Assembly (NCBI GenBank): GCA_050949565.1
Contig: JBMNFY010000008.1
Coordinates: 64,001 to 128,000, forward strand
From: Kiritimatiellia bacterium
GTDB lineage: Bacteria > Verrucomicrobiota > Kiritimatiellia > RFP12 > UBA1067
Direction of reading: 5' to 3'
DNA length: 64,000 bases
In this document: piece by piece, positions 49,191-60,648 of the stretch
Layout: every line of letters starts with the position of its first letter
How positions within the stretch are numbered: position 1 is the stretch's first letter
Position numbers and translations under genes: made by a program
The notes under the pieces: generated by a model
What the model was told of the DNA's origin: nothing
The model's database searches: none
What the model saw: only the letters and a program-made list of their open reading frames with translations

Positions 49191-50660
49191 ATGGGCGGCA
49201 TCATCCTGATCCTGATCGTATCCTTTCTTGTCCTGCTGCTGATGAACGCGCCGGTCGCAGTCGCGATCGCGGTTTCGTCGCTGCTGGCGATCCTCGCCAA
49301 CGGCGGCGACGCTGCCTACACGGTGGCACAGCGCATGGCCAACGGCGTGGATAGCTTCCCGCTGCTGGCGATCCCCTTCTTTGTCTTTTCCGGTTATCTG
49401 ATGGGGCGCGGCGGTCTGGCGCGCCGCTTGATCGACTTCGCCGCGCTGATCGTCGGACGCCTGCCCGGCGGACTCGGCTACGTCAACACCCTCACCTGCA
49501 TGCTGTTCGGCTCGATCTCCGGTTCGGCGGCGGCGGCGGTCTCCTCGATCGGCGGCTTCATGATCCCCGAAATGAACCGCAAGGGATATGACCGCGACTT
49601 CAACGTGGCCCTGACCGCCACGGCGGCGACCACCGGACTGCTGATCCCGCCATCGAACTCCATGATCGTCTACTCGGTGTCCGCAGGCTCGGTGTCGATC
49701 GCGGCGATGTTCATGGCCGGCATCCTGCCCGGTATTCTCGTGGGCGTCTGTATCATGATCGCGGCCGGCATAATTGCCGCAAAGAAAGGTTACGGTCAAA
49801 CCCCTTCTGCAGAAGGTGAATTAACGACAGTCATTGCACCCCAAAAGGTGATCACGGCCATTGCGTTGGTTGTTGCCGTACTTGTCGCTATCGTGCTAAC
49901 ACGTAAGGGGGTGCTCGACTTATCGTTCACGTTGGGAACCACTACGATATCTACAGGATTTGTTCTTTTTGTCGTCTTTTCTGTCTTGTTCTGTGTTGTG
50001 TTCACTGCATTCCGTCGTGCATTCCCCAGCTTGCTGATGATCGTGATTATCATCGGCGGTATTCTGCGGGGCATCTTCACGGCCACGGAGGCCGCCGCCG
50101 TTTCTGTCGCCTACGCCTTCGTGCTGTGCGTGCTGATCTATCGCGAGATCCCTTGGAAGGATCTGCCGGGCATCTGCCTGCAAACCGGCATCACCACGGC
50201 CGTCGTGATGCTGCTGATCGGATCATCCAGCGCGATGTCGTGGATCATGACCGTGACCAACATCCCGCAGTCCGTCTCGGCCTCGCTGATGAGCCTTTCG
50301 GAGAATCCGGTCATCATCCTGCTCACGATCAACGCGCTGTTGCTGGTGGTCGGCATGTTCATGGACATGACGCCCGCCATTCTGATCTTCACGCCGATCC
50401 TGCTGCCGGTGGTGCGTCAACTCGGGCTATCGGACATCCACTTCGGCATCATCCTGATCGCCAACCTCTGCATCGGTCTCTGCACGCCGCCGGTGGGCAC
50501 CTGCCTCTTCATCGGCTGCGGCGTGGGCAAGACGACGATCGCCAAAGTGACCGTCAAGGCCGTGCCCTTCTTCTTGGCGATGCTGGTGGCGCTGATGCTG
50601 ATCATCTACATCCCCTGGATCTCGCTGGCGATTCCTAAGGCTTTGGGGATGCTGAAGTGA
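49191..50660 (+). CDS. dctM: TRAP transporter large permease with a two-TM insertion
   Basis: FPLLAIPFF, ISGSA, LIPPS, FTATEA and TPPVG motifs. Confidence 0.95.
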   Translation: MGGIILILIVSFLVLLLMNAPVAVAIAVSSLLAILANGGDAAYTVAQRMANGVDSFPLLAIPFFVFSGYLMGRGGLARRLIDFAALIVGRLPGGLGYVNTLTCMLFGSISGSAAAAVSSIGGFMIPEMNRKGYDRDFNVALTATAATTGLLIPPSNSMIVYSVSAGSVSIAAMFMAGILPGILVGVCIMIAAGIIAAKKGYGQTPSAEGELTTVIAPQKVITAIALVVAVLVAIVLTRKGVLDLSFTLGTTTISTGFVLFVVFSVLFCVVFTAFRRAFPSLLMIVIIIGGILRGIFTATEAAAVSVAYAFVLCVLIYREIPWKDLPGICLQTGITTAVVMLLIGSSSAMSWIMTVTNIPQSVSASLMSLSENPVIILLTINALLLVVGMFMDMTPAILIFTPILLPVVRQLGLSDIHFGIILIANLCIGLCTPPVGTCLFIGCGVGKTTIAKVTVKAVPFFLAMLVALMLIIYIPWISLAIPKALGMLK

Positions 50661-52845
50661 TTTTCCAGCGCAGCAGCCGCACGGTGCTCGCGGCCATGGG
50701 TGCGAGCGGATTGACGCGCTCCCGCCCCGGCTCGGAGGCTGTCTCCAGCGCATAGCCCGGCACCTCCAGCGTGAACGGTGTCACGTTCTGGAGCGGATTC
50801 CAGATCACCACACCGAACCTGTCGCCGGCAGCGAATCCCTTGGCCACGAGGTCCTTGCCGGTCAGAGTGAAACCTTGGCTATCCACGAAACGGCCGTGCC
50901 AGAAAAACGCGGCATTTTCGCGCTGAAAATCAATCGCCTCTTTCAAATAACGTGCAGCTTCGACGGGCAGCGTGGCTCGCATCATCGCCACGTCCGGCTT
51001 GTTGACCACATGCACGTAGTCATCCGATTCGGGCACGCGATCCTCACGCAAGTAAGTCGCGTCTGGACCGTAGCGGGACTCGATTTCGTAGCGCATCCCG
51101 TATACGCAGGTGTAGTTCACCATGTCGCGATCCATCATTGGCGTCGGCACACGTATCGTGCTCATCACCTCAGGAAAGACGGTGCGGAAAAGCTCCGGGA
51201 AAGGATCCGCAACCCGGCTGGCGCGCAAGCGCACCAGCATTTCAGATGCGGATGTACGGTACGTGCCCAGCGTGCAACCGTGGAACATCGAGATCGCATC
51301 CAACGCGCAGTCGTGCAACCCTTCGGTCATCACAATGAAGTCGGGGTTGATCTGGCGCATGTGGTCGGCGATACGCTTCAGAAAAACAGGCCGTTCGACC
51401 TCATGCGCCATGCTGGGAACCGGGTGGCCGTGGCCTTCGCCGTAACAGGCCATCGGCGCCATCATCCCCAACTGGTCGTAGAGGATGCCGTCCGCCCCCA
51501 ACTCATTGGCCTGTATGGCCAGCGACAACATGCGGTCATACCACGCCTGCGCATAAAGGCACCCCAAATCAAAGCGGTAGACCGGGATATTACGGTATTT
51601 GTGATAGGTGTGCTGGTAGGTCGTGCCGTCGCGCCGCGTGATCGCGATGTCCTTGCCGACCGTGCGCCAGAACTCGGTGGCCTCGCGTTCCTGAAGTTGG
51701 CCGTTGGCATAGATGATCGTACGTTTGCCCCGCCGCTTGGCCTCTTTCAATCCCTTCTTCAACGCCTCCACGCCGCCCATCTCGGGACAGGGGATATAAT
51801 CGGGATACAGGTGGTCGTGACCGCCATGCGCCCAGCCGAACAGGCCGAGAATATCCAGCCCGCGGGCGTCGGCCACGTCGCACAACTTATCCAGCGAGGT
51901 GTAGGGCCACATGATCTCGCCATTCTGCTGTTTCAAGATGCAGAGCAGCCAGCCCGACGTATCACGCGCCCACGCCGGCACGTCACGCAGTTTTTTGACC
52001 GAATCGAACCAAGTGCGATAAAGACGCGCCGCCGCATGCCAAGAACCCGCGTACGGCTGGACCACAACCGGCGCCAACGCCACGCTTTCACCGCTGCGGC
52101 AGAAAAAGTCATGACGCACCGCCATGCCGAAGCGCTTCGAACTAGGGTCATACCGCAGACTCAGTTGCTTGGCGCGATGCAGCGGATCATGGCTGCCGAC
52201 ATAAAGGCCTCCCTCGCGGCCCGCGAGTGCAAACCACTGCATGGTGCCGCGCACACCCGGATAGACCACGCTCGCTTCATAGTTGTTGCCCAGTCGTTGC
52301 CACTCTCTCTGCTTCTCATCAGGCGCCGGAACGCGATTGATCCGCTTGCCGAACCCTTCCGGCAACAACGCAGGAGTTCGGGACAGATCCGTAGCGATCC
52401 CGTTCAGCACCGGCCCCGTGAAGCCGGTGAGCAGCCAGCCATGCGCCGAGTTCGTGACCGACCCCGACATCGTGAAAGCGTCACCGGACCCGCGAATCTC
52501 CAGCGTGAGCCCGATCTTGAACACGCGCCCACCATCCGTCAACGTGTCGTAGACCAGCCGCACGCCGTCCGGCAACTTCTCCCATCGTGGCGCGCCCTGC
52601 TGAGCGTCGGTGATCACCACCCCCTGCCCATGCACAGCCGGCACAGCATGCGGCTCCAGCAGCAATGCCCAGAACGGCTCGCCGGTCGCTTGGCTCGCCG
52701 GACACGCCGCCACCGACGGCGTCAGACTGAGTCCATTGGTGTCTACCAACAACGTGCTTTTACCCGCCGTGACGGAAAATCCGCCATCCGCCAACAAGCC
52801 GAGCGCACACACGCCCGCCGACAACATCCCCACGATTCTCTTCAT
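50635..52845 (-). CDS. Secreted putative glycoside hydrolase (DUF6259-like TIM barrel)
   Basis: Signal peptide; FGWAHGGHDHLYPDY, GADGILYDQ and MTEG motifs. Confidence 0.65.
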   Translation of the reverse strand: MKRIVGMLSAGVCALGLLADGGFSVTAGKSTLLVDTNGLSLTPSVAACPASQATGEPFWALLLEPHAVPAVHGQGVVITDAQQGAPRWEKLPDGVRLVYDTLTDGGRVFKIGLTLEIRGSGDAFTMSGSVTNSAHGWLLTGFTGPVLNGIATDLSRTPALLPEGFGKRINRVPAPDEKQREWQRLGNNYEASVVYPGVRGTMQWFALAGREGGLYVGSHDPLHRAKQLSLRYDPSSKRFGMAVRHDFFCRSGESVALAPVVVQPYAGSWHAAARLYRTWFDSVKKLRDVPAWARDTSGWLLCILKQQNGEIMWPYTSLDKLCDVADARGLDILGLFGWAHGGHDHLYPDYIPCPEMGGVEALKKGLKEAKRRGKRTIIYANGQLQEREATEFWRTVGKDIAITRRDGTTYQHTYHKYRNIPVYRFDLGCLYAQAWYDRMLSLAIQANELGADGILYDQLGMMAPMACYGEGHGHPVPSMAHEVERPVFLKRIADHMRQINPDFIVMTEGLHDCALDAISMFHGCTLGTYRTSASEMLVRLRASRVADPFPELFRTVFPEVMSTIRVPTPMMDRDMVNYTCVYGMRYEIESRYGPDATYLREDRVPESDDYVHVVNKPDVAMMRATLPVEAARYLKEAIDFQRENAAFFWHGRFVDSQGFTLTGKDLVAKGFAAGDRFGVVIWNPLQNVTPFTLEVPGYALETASEPGRERVNPLAPMAASTVRLLRWKITSASPKP

Positions 52846-52854
52846 ATTCGTCTC

Positions 52855-52963
52855 CTTCACCTTTACCTTTACTTGAGAGTTGAGCGTTGAAAGTTGAGCG
52901 TTCCCCACTTCGGCGGCGTTCTGAGTTCTGCGTTCTGCGTTCGACGTTCACCACTCCGTTCAG
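52855..52963. repeat. Hexamer plus two heptamer arrays, (TTGAGCG)n and (CGTTCTG)n
   Basis: Units at 52873-52900 and 52917-52963; the last overlaps the stop of the upstream minus-strand gene. Confidence 0.8.
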
Positions 52964-55900
52964 CGTATCGAAAGCAACGTACCGGTCGGCGTGGCCAGCC
53001 GGATCTGCTTCGCCTCCGTATCCACAATGACCGTCGTTTGAGTGCGTCCGCCGCGCACCTCCCAGACCGCACCGTGATCGTCCAGCAGGCCGCTCCACGT
53101 CATCACCACACCATAAGCGGCGGGATTCGCAACGGCACTGTCGATCTCTATGACCACAGTGTCGGCAGGCAGACTCAGCGTACCGCTCACCGCGAGCGGC
53201 GTGTGCGAGCCGTCCGCCCCGTATGCCCAGCGGCAGACACCCCCCGCTTCAAAGGTCAGGTTCTCTACCGTCAAGGCCGCATCGGTCGCCGTGGCGATCA
53301 CACCGTCCGCGCCGACCACTAACGTGCCGGTCACCGCGCCCGCGCCGGTGAAGCACTGCTCGGGTTCAATGCGCGTAACGCCTGCGGCGGTTTTGAATGT
53401 CGCGCCGGCGTCGATCTGCACGACGCGGCTGGCCAGCACCGGCGCACCCGACCCGGGATCCCTCAGATAGCCGTATGTCTCCGCGCCGTATTTGCGCGCC
53501 AGCGCCAATCCCAATGCGTTCTGCTGTTCCGGTGTAAACGCCGTCTGATAGTGGTGGATCTCGGCGATGTCGACGCGGGCGCAGGTCCTTTCGGTCGCAC
53601 CCAACATACAGCGGGTTCTTGCGCGCGCGGCGGTGTGAACTTGCGCCGTATCGTATTTCACCGAACGCCAGCCGTCCACGTTCATCGTCACATTCGAGCC
53701 ATTCTGCCAGACATAGATCAGCACATGCGGCTCGCCGTCATTCAGATTGCGTGGAGCGCCCCAAGCGTTCAGGAAGTTGCCACCGCTGCCAATGCAGGCC
53801 CCCGCGCGTCCGTAAGCATTATAGGCGATCCCCCACCAGTTTGCATCGTACACCTGGCCGATGATCCCGGCGGTACCGGAGCGCCAGTCATTCGCGTAGC
53901 CGCCGACGCCAACACCCTCACTGCGCATCACCACCGCCACGGTCAGGTTGGTGGCTCCGGAGGTCGGTGTGGTTTGGACACCGGTTATAGCCATCGCGTC
54001 TGTAATACCGTTGAACGAGGCCACGCGGTAACCATTCATCAGCGTCGTGCCAATGGTCGGCGCATCAAACGTCCGCGGAGGGTTTTGGTTGTTGCCAATC
54101 GCAGTCGCCAGCGACGCCGAAAACTTCCACACGCCGTTGGTGCTCGGCCAATCGGTCAGTTCGGCGCCGGGCGCGCCGGTCAAGGTGTCGGGCGACCACA
54201 CCGCCGGTGAATCCGGTATCAGCGCAGGTACGCCCCCGCCACTCGCTGTATAGGTCGCGCCATAGGTCTCCGCCAACAACGCTCCGAGTTCATCCTGTTC
54301 AGCATCAGAGAGCGCGGCGTTTTTGTAAAACCGGATCTCCGCGATGTCGCCGTCAAAGCCGAGACCATTCTCATTCGAGCCCATCAATATGCGGGTCTGG
54401 GCCAGCACATTTCCGGGCACTGCGTCGGTCAACCGTGTGCGTGCACCGTCGACGTTGACCGTGAGTTCCGCTCCTCGCGTCCATGTGTAGATCATCACAT
54501 GCGGCTGGTTGTCGACCACATTGGTGGTGCCATCCCAGACCGCTGTCCAGGCCGCCTCGGTGCTGGGAGTAACGCCGGAACCGACCGCACCGTTCTGATT
54601 GACCGCCAGCGCCCAGAGCCCCGCCCCTGATCCCGCCATCTGCGAACCGACGATACCAGCCGCATTCGTGATCTGCGAACCGTCGCCTTGGCCCGGACCA
54701 CGCGGACGCACGACCGCCGCGACCGTCAGCCGGCTCGCCCCACCCACCGGCGTTGTAGCCAATATACCGCTCATCCCCAGCGCATCGGTGCCGCCATTAA
54801 AACGCACTGCCTTATGGCCATTCATCGTCTCGGGCGCGAGGATCGGTGCCGTTGCGGTCGATCGTATCGCGACCGCCAACGCATGTGTGAAGTTCCAATA
54901 CGATTCGCCCAGCGCACAAGGCCACTCCGTAACTGTCCCGCCGGGCGACACCGCCAGAGTGTCCGCCGTCCAACGAGCGGTCATGACACCGGGGTTTACA
55001 TCAATTTCCAATGTCCCTTCAGCCACCACGGTCTTGCCGGTGTAGGAGTTCACGGCATTGGCCAACACCAGTGTGCCGGCACCGGTCTTGCGCAGGCCGC
55101 CCGATCCATAGAGCGCGCCCAATTGCGTAATGGTGTACGGCGTACCGTCGGTGTCCGCCGCCCGGAAGGTCACCCCGCCGTGGGCATCACTCAGCCGCGT
55201 GTCCGCACGGTTGACGGTGGAGGCGTAAGCACCCAGCGTACCGCCCGAAAACAGCGTCTCATACCACGCGGTCGCGCACTCCTGAGGAATCCCGGAAACC
55301 CGGTTCCAGACCGCATGCGGGCCGATGCCCGATGATCCGACCGTCACCTCGCCGCCGCTCAGGGTAAAACGCGCGTAGCCGTTCGTCACATTCCATGCAC
55401 GGTCCCGCACAGCGTCAGTACTGCCGAAACTAATTTGTGCCGTACGCAGCGATCCGCCGGAAACATTCAACTCGGCGGCAGCGGTCGTCGCCGTTATCCC
55501 TTCACCATCGGTTTTTACAGCGGCCAGGTCAATGCCCCCATACTGGCCGCTGGCACGTACGACCTGCACCTCGCCGCCTCGGACTTCCAGCACACCCGGC
55601 TGGCTTTCTGGACTCGCGAGACCGACATGAAAACGGCGCACGTCCAACATGCCGCCCTCCACCGTGACAGTGCGCGCAGCCGCCGGCCCGTCGCTGCCAA
55701 AGCCCACGTACATCGCGTAGTCCGAAAAGGCGGAACCCTGTGTCTGCGTGTACGATCCCGAATAGAGGTACCACCAGTTTGCTGTGATCTCACCGCCTTC
55801 CATGCGCACATCGTTCTCACGAATGTTGACCCGGCCACGATTTCTGTCTCCTGTCGCCACCGCCCGTGCCAGACGGTCTCCCGTCTTCAGCGACACCGTA

Positions 55901-56606
55901 GACTGCGCGATCTCCGGACTACCCGATACCCGACCGAAAACAAATGTACCGTCGTTGGTCACACTGCCTGAGGCAAAGCTCTGCCGCCACTCGGTCGCCA
56001 CCGGCTTGTTGACCAACAGCATGCCGCCGCTGCTGACTGAAACCGCACCGCTCACCACGGCGTTCGATCGGACATGTACACCCGCCGCCACATTCATGCC
56101 GCCGGACATCGTCAGCGGATCGTAGAACGCGAACCATCCAGACTGCAGCGTTAAGGGCCCCGTCCCTTCCACCGGCCGCCAGAAATAACTACCACCCCCA
56201 GGCGCCAACCACGTCTGGGGAGCCGTCAGGGTGATCGGCACATCAAAGGAGACCTGATTGTCCCATAACCTTTCGACGCGAGATCCATGCCGCCTGCGCC
56301 GAGCGAGAGCCGCGAACCATCATTGGTCACGCTCATGTCTCCGACGCGGTTCGTCACCCGGATGCCGCCCCAGACCACATCCCCGCCCAGGCCGTACACC
56401 CAGTTGGTGGCGGTAGGCGTCGCCTCGCCGTCAAAAAGCGCCGTGTCGTCGGCACCCGGCGCCACACCGCCGACCCAACTCGAACCGAGCGCGAGCGCAT
56501 CCGTGTTATCCGCTTTCTGAATTTCCGCGGCATGGGCGGCCATCGCCAACATGCTCACGAGACCAACCGCCAGACCCGCCTTCACTCCCACTGTCCTGCT
56601 TTTCAT
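52960..56606 (-). pseudogene. Large secreted beta-helix / autotransporter-repeat / LamG protein with a 1-bp frameshift near 56263
   Basis: Signal MKSRTV...AHA; GGLRKTGAGTLVL..N.YTG.T.V.EGTL repeat; two LamG-like domains; one added base in TATGGGAC joins the two ORFs; ends GTLLSIR. Confidence 0.8.
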
Positions 56607-56651
56607 ACCCGTCTCCTTTCATTGCAACGGCAACCGCCGCATTACACTTTA

Positions 56652-56752
56652 GAGGCTCTTGCAAAACCCCTCGTGGCATGGGCGTCCCGCCCATGAAACA
56701 CGGGCAAGATGCCCGTGCCACACCTGTAGGCAAGGGGTTTTGCAAGACCCTC
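56652..56752. mobile_element. MITE B with a perfect 4-bp target-site duplication (TTTA)
   Basis: TTTA at 56648-56651 and 56753-56756; absent from the paralogous sequence at 61861-61971. Confidence 0.9.
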
Positions 56753-56769
56753 TTTAGGAACATATGGTA

Positions 56770-56840
56770 AGCGTAAGCAACATTCTACGAGCTCGCAACC
56801 TCGATTTTCCGAACTGGATGCTCGATTTTCGGAACTGGAT
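56770..56840 (-). promoter_or_regulatory. Promoter (TTGCGA-17-TACGCT) with an adjacent 21-bp-period direct repeat, candidate AraC/XylR operator
   Basis: CTCGATTTTC(C/G)GAACTGGAT at 56800 and 56821, next to the -35; promoter boxes conserved in the copy at 61943-61971. Confidence 0.6.
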
Positions 56841-56992
56841 AGAGAGCGCGGCACACGCATCATGATGGTTCTCACCTCTTGGCATCTCCATGTGCGCACG
56901 AAAGGCGCACGAAAGGAATTGCATGTGTGTCCCATTTGTGGTACGCGACGCCTACACGTATGTCGAAGCCGGAGATGAACAAGGGGGAGGCG

Positions 56993-59900
56993 ATGCAAGT
57001 TCAGACAACTTTTGTTGGCATGGTCAAGTCGGGACGATTTTTGTTCCGTGTCTTTCTGGCGATTTTTTTTGTTTTGCCGCTCGGCGCGGCTGAAAGCCGA
57101 ATGACGTTTCCCGCGGTAGCCCGCTTCGTCGTCTGTGACGATGGAACCGTTGATTTCGGAATCGCGGCCGATACTGGGGCGCTGAGATATTACCGGGTTG
57201 AAAAAAAGTCCCCTCTGATCGAATATTTCAGCCTGAGCGAGGGCACCCTTGCTCAGGTCGGGTTCGCCAAAGGTCAATGGAAATACGGATGGACAGAGGG
57301 GAAGCTTCAAGTGAACTCGGGCAGGGTGGCACCGGACTCGATCGGCGGGGAGCGGGATGCACTGGGCGGCCGTCCCGTCATTCAGCCTGCGACCGTCGCG
57401 ACAGAAAACGGCGCGGCGGAGTTTGAAATCCGAGGCAAGCTGCTGTCAGATTGGACTGAAACCGTGTCTTTCTCGAACAGCCCGTCGGGACGGTCGCTTT
57501 CTGTTCGCTGCAAACGTCCGGTACCTCTTGAGAAGCCGGAAGGCGTGTCCTTTTCAGTCAAGTTCATGCGTTGGATAAATGAGCAGGATGTCCATTTCAC
57601 AGCGGTTTTCTCCGACGGACGCAGGGAGGCACTCCCGCCGGAAAAGGCGGTCGCCGCCGCGAAGGTGCTGGTCTCCTTCTCACAGATCGGGCGTAGGCTC
57701 GAACTGGCGGCGGCGAAGGCCGTGTCTGTCTCGCTCAGTAAAAACATCCGGCCCGTAGGGGGCAGCGTTCTTGTTTTTGACATGGGCGGTTCGAGCGATT
57801 TCGAGATTGACGTTCTCGATGTCGAGACGGCTATCACGAGACAGGCCGGAAACCTGAAGGTGGGCGTCAACAGGGACAACGGGACATCCTACGTTACATC
57901 CGGTGCCATGCCGCTGGTGAGCCTGGAGGCGTTCGAGCAGGACGAGACCCAAGCCCTGTCGGGCACTGTCGCCCGATCCGGCTGGACTGTCGAAGGAGGC
58001 GGAGACCCGGATCTCACCGTGAAGGCGTCGGGCAAGATCGTAAATGACTGGTCGGAGTCGATAAGTTTGACCCATGACACCGTTTCCTACGTCTTCGAGA
58101 CTTCCGGCAAAGGCGGCGGCGGTGTGCGCTTGAAGTTCCCCTACTGGCTTGTCGGTAGCTCCTGTGAAACCGTCCCGCCGGACGACAGCACGCGGCAGAC
58201 GGCATCCGGCGGCATCCCGCTGAGGATCGGAGCCGATATGCCGTTCGGCGAATTTCAAAAAGGATCTGGCTTGCTTGTCTGGCTCACGAACACTGAACAG
58301 TTGCACGTCAAATTCGATTCGCCCTGCGCGGTCATGTCTTACCGGGGCTTGAGGGGATGCCAAAAAGAACGTGTAGTCCCGGTGTCCCTGCATTCTTTCC
58401 CGCCCGGAGGTCTTGAGCTGTGGCCGCTGTCCAAGGAGCCTCTGAAGTTCACTCTGGAATACAGACAGGACAGTCGGCAAGAAATGTCTGTTGCGGAGTT
58501 GGAAAAGGCGGCACCTTACCAAACGAACGACTCCGTCCGCATTTCCCTTTCGGACTCAGGCGCCCTTGTCGTCAGCCCCTGGTGGGAGGTCTTTCACGAC
58601 AGGCAGACGGGCGGTCTGCTATCGAGCGTAAAGTTCAAAGGGGGTTCGGGAAAAAACATACTTGCCGCCCCTGAAAAATTTTATCTGATGGCGGACGGTG
58701 CGGAGTTTTCCAGCCTCAACGAAGGTGCCGCCTCCTTCATTGTCGACGGCCGATCCTTGATCGTGAGCGGAAAGCCGACTGCGAGGGACGGCGCGGACTG
58801 CGGTGCATTCTACGTTACGCGTTACGACTATTCTGACGGTTACATCAGACGGACGACGGTGTTTCATCCCGTCAAAGAGACGAAGGTTAACAGGCTTGGC
58901 GTTTTGCGACTCGACTTTATACCCGAACTGGACGAATGCGGATACAAGCCGATTGTCGCCGCCTTTAAAAAGGCCATCTTCCCCGGCCCCCCCATCTCGC
59001 ATGATGAGGGGCTCGGCGGTGGGTTTCTTTCCGTCTTCAAGTCCGGCGCTGAAGGGATGGATTTTGTCCCGGGGCCCGAGAGGAGGCAATGGACTGACCA
59101 AATTCAGGCATCCCCCACAGAAAAGTCCTTCCAGATATCGGGGAATGAATCCGGAGGTGCCTCGATTATCGTTGAACCCTATTCGAGTGCCAACCGACAG
59201 ATTCGGATCAAACAGAGCGTTTGCTTCGACTACTATCTGGGGCTTCCAAAACTGCAGAGAACGTTCCGAAAGCATTACTTCCCCCTCCGTTATCAGTTGT
59301 GGTGGTTCAAGAAAGACTGGGTCAACGACGAGATGATCGCGGATTCAGCAGAAGCAGGTGTGAACCTCGCCATCGACGGCAATTACGGGGCGAACTGGGC
59401 AGGCGAGGCCGTTCCGAAAGAGTTTTCAGAAAAAGAAAGAATGTCTTTTGAGGTGAACAAAAAGCGGGTTGACGCCTGGCATCGGAACGGCGTGAAGGTT
59501 GTCCCCTTCATCGGTAAGGGGTTGTTCAAAGACACGGTTCTTCCAGATCACGACAAGCTGATGCTCTGGTGCATGATGAGAGATGATTTCAAGCCTGCCC
59601 CGACTCCGTGGGGGTATAAGATGTGCCATAGTTCAGGCGACTTCGACAGATATTACAAGAGATTCCTCAGCGAATGGGCAGACGCCCTCCGCCTCGACGG
59701 TTTTTATTTCGACTTTTGCGAGCCGCAGGGGCCTTGCTTCAACTTCAACCATTCGCGATTCGCGCACTCGGACGTTGATGAGTTTATGAACTTCATGCAG
59801 TGGGCGCGTTCCAAATTTGATGTCGTCTACGGCCATACAGGGTACTACCCGACCATCATGTGTGAAAACCTGGTCGACCTCACGTGGGTTGGCGAGGAGA

Positions 59901-60601
59901 TCAATTTCTGGTACAGCAATGACGGACGCTTGCCGAGTCTCAATCAGATGCGCAATTACTTTTGCCATATTCCTAACACGCAAAGAATCGTTGACCCGAA
60001 TATCATGGCCAGATGGCGCCTACTGCCTTCGGAGCCCTTGAAGGCGAGCCCCCGCTACACCGGAACCGATTCGCTCGAATTCACCTGCCGTACGGCACTC
60101 TGCGGCCTCTTCTCCGAGGCCAACATGGCGGCGGCTGGTCCTCTGTCGGTCAGTGAGGTCGATACGCGGTTTCATCCCTGGCTTCATGTTTTTTCCATTT
60201 TCAAAGACGTGGATTTCACGACGCTTCATTTCAAAGACTGGAAAAACCAAAACGCAGTCCTGACGGGGAACTCACATGTGAAGGCCGCGATCTACTGGAA
60301 CAGCGAGGTCGCCTATCTGGTCTTGGGAAATCCCGAGTCGACGGAAAGGCAAACGTGTCGTTTCAAGCTTAACTTCGGGGCACTCGGTTGGCCCGAAGAC
60401 AACGGCACCTTTGAACTGACTCGTCTGCCCGAGACCCGAGGAAGTGTCCGCACCATATCGTATGAGTCCTTAACAACCGGAGGGATGCCAGAGGATCTGG
60501 GTGCCTTCGAATACCGTGTCTTTAAAATCAAAAACACAAAGCTAACCGCACGAATGGTAGGCAATGAAATCCTCCGCCGAGTAAAGACGCAGGACAGATA
60601 G
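56993..60601 (+). CDS. Large secreted protein with a C-terminal glycoside-hydrolase-like TIM barrel
   Basis: Signal-like N-terminus after GGGGAGG; LDGFYFDF...C motif; codon style differs from the flanks. Confidence 0.65.
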   Translation: MQVQTTFVGMVKSGRFLFRVFLAIFFVLPLGAAESRMTFPAVARFVVCDDGTVDFGIAADTGALRYYRVEKKSPLIEYFSLSEGTLAQVGFAKGQWKYGWTEGKLQVNSGRVAPDSIGGERDALGGRPVIQPATVATENGAAEFEIRGKLLSDWTETVSFSNSPSGRSLSVRCKRPVPLEKPEGVSFSVKFMRWINEQDVHFTAVFSDGRREALPPEKAVAAAKVLVSFSQIGRRLELAAAKAVSVSLSKNIRPVGGSVLVFDMGGSSDFEIDVLDVETAITRQAGNLKVGVNRDNGTSYVTSGAMPLVSLEAFEQDETQALSGTVARSGWTVEGGGDPDLTVKASGKIVNDWSESISLTHDTVSYVFETSGKGGGGVRLKFPYWLVGSSCETVPPDDSTRQTASGGIPLRIGADMPFGEFQKGSGLLVWLTNTEQLHVKFDSPCAVMSYRGLRGCQKERVVPVSLHSFPPGGLELWPLSKEPLKFTLEYRQDSRQEMSVAELEKAAPYQTNDSVRISLSDSGALVVSPWWEVFHDRQTGGLLSSVKFKGGSGKNILAAPEKFYLMADGAEFSSLNEGAASFIVDGRSLIVSGKPTARDGADCGAFYVTRYDYSDGYIRRTTVFHPVKETKVNRLGVLRLDFIPELDECGYKPIVAAFKKAIFPGPPISHDEGLGGGFLSVFKSGAEGMDFVPGPERRQWTDQIQASPTEKSFQISGNESGGASIIVEPYSSANRQIRIKQSVCFDYYLGLPKLQRTFRKHYFPLRYQLWWFKKDWVNDEMIADSAEAGVNLAIDGNYGANWAGEAVPKEFSEKERMSFEVNKKRVDAWHRNGVKVVPFIGKGLFKDTVLPDHDKLMLWCMMRDDFKPAPTPWGYKMCHSSGDFDRYYKRFLSEWADALRLDGFYFDFCEPQGPCFNFNHSRFAHSDVDEFMNFMQWARSKFDVVYGHTGYYPTIMCENLVDLTWVGEEINFWYSNDGRLPSLNQMRNYFCHIPNTQRIVDPNIMARWRLLPSEPLKASPRYTGTDSLEFTCRTALCGLFSEANMAAAGPLSVSEVDTRFHPWLHVFSIFKDVDFTTLHFKDWKNQNAVLTGNSHVKAAIYWNSEVAYLVLGNPESTERQTCRFKLNFGALGWPEDNGTFELTRLPETRGSVRTISYESLTTGGMPEDLGAFEYRVFKIKNTKLTARMVGNEILRRVKTQDR

Positions 60602-60648
60602 TTCCCTTTGGCGTTTACGAATCGTCATTAACCGCCTATACTACACGC

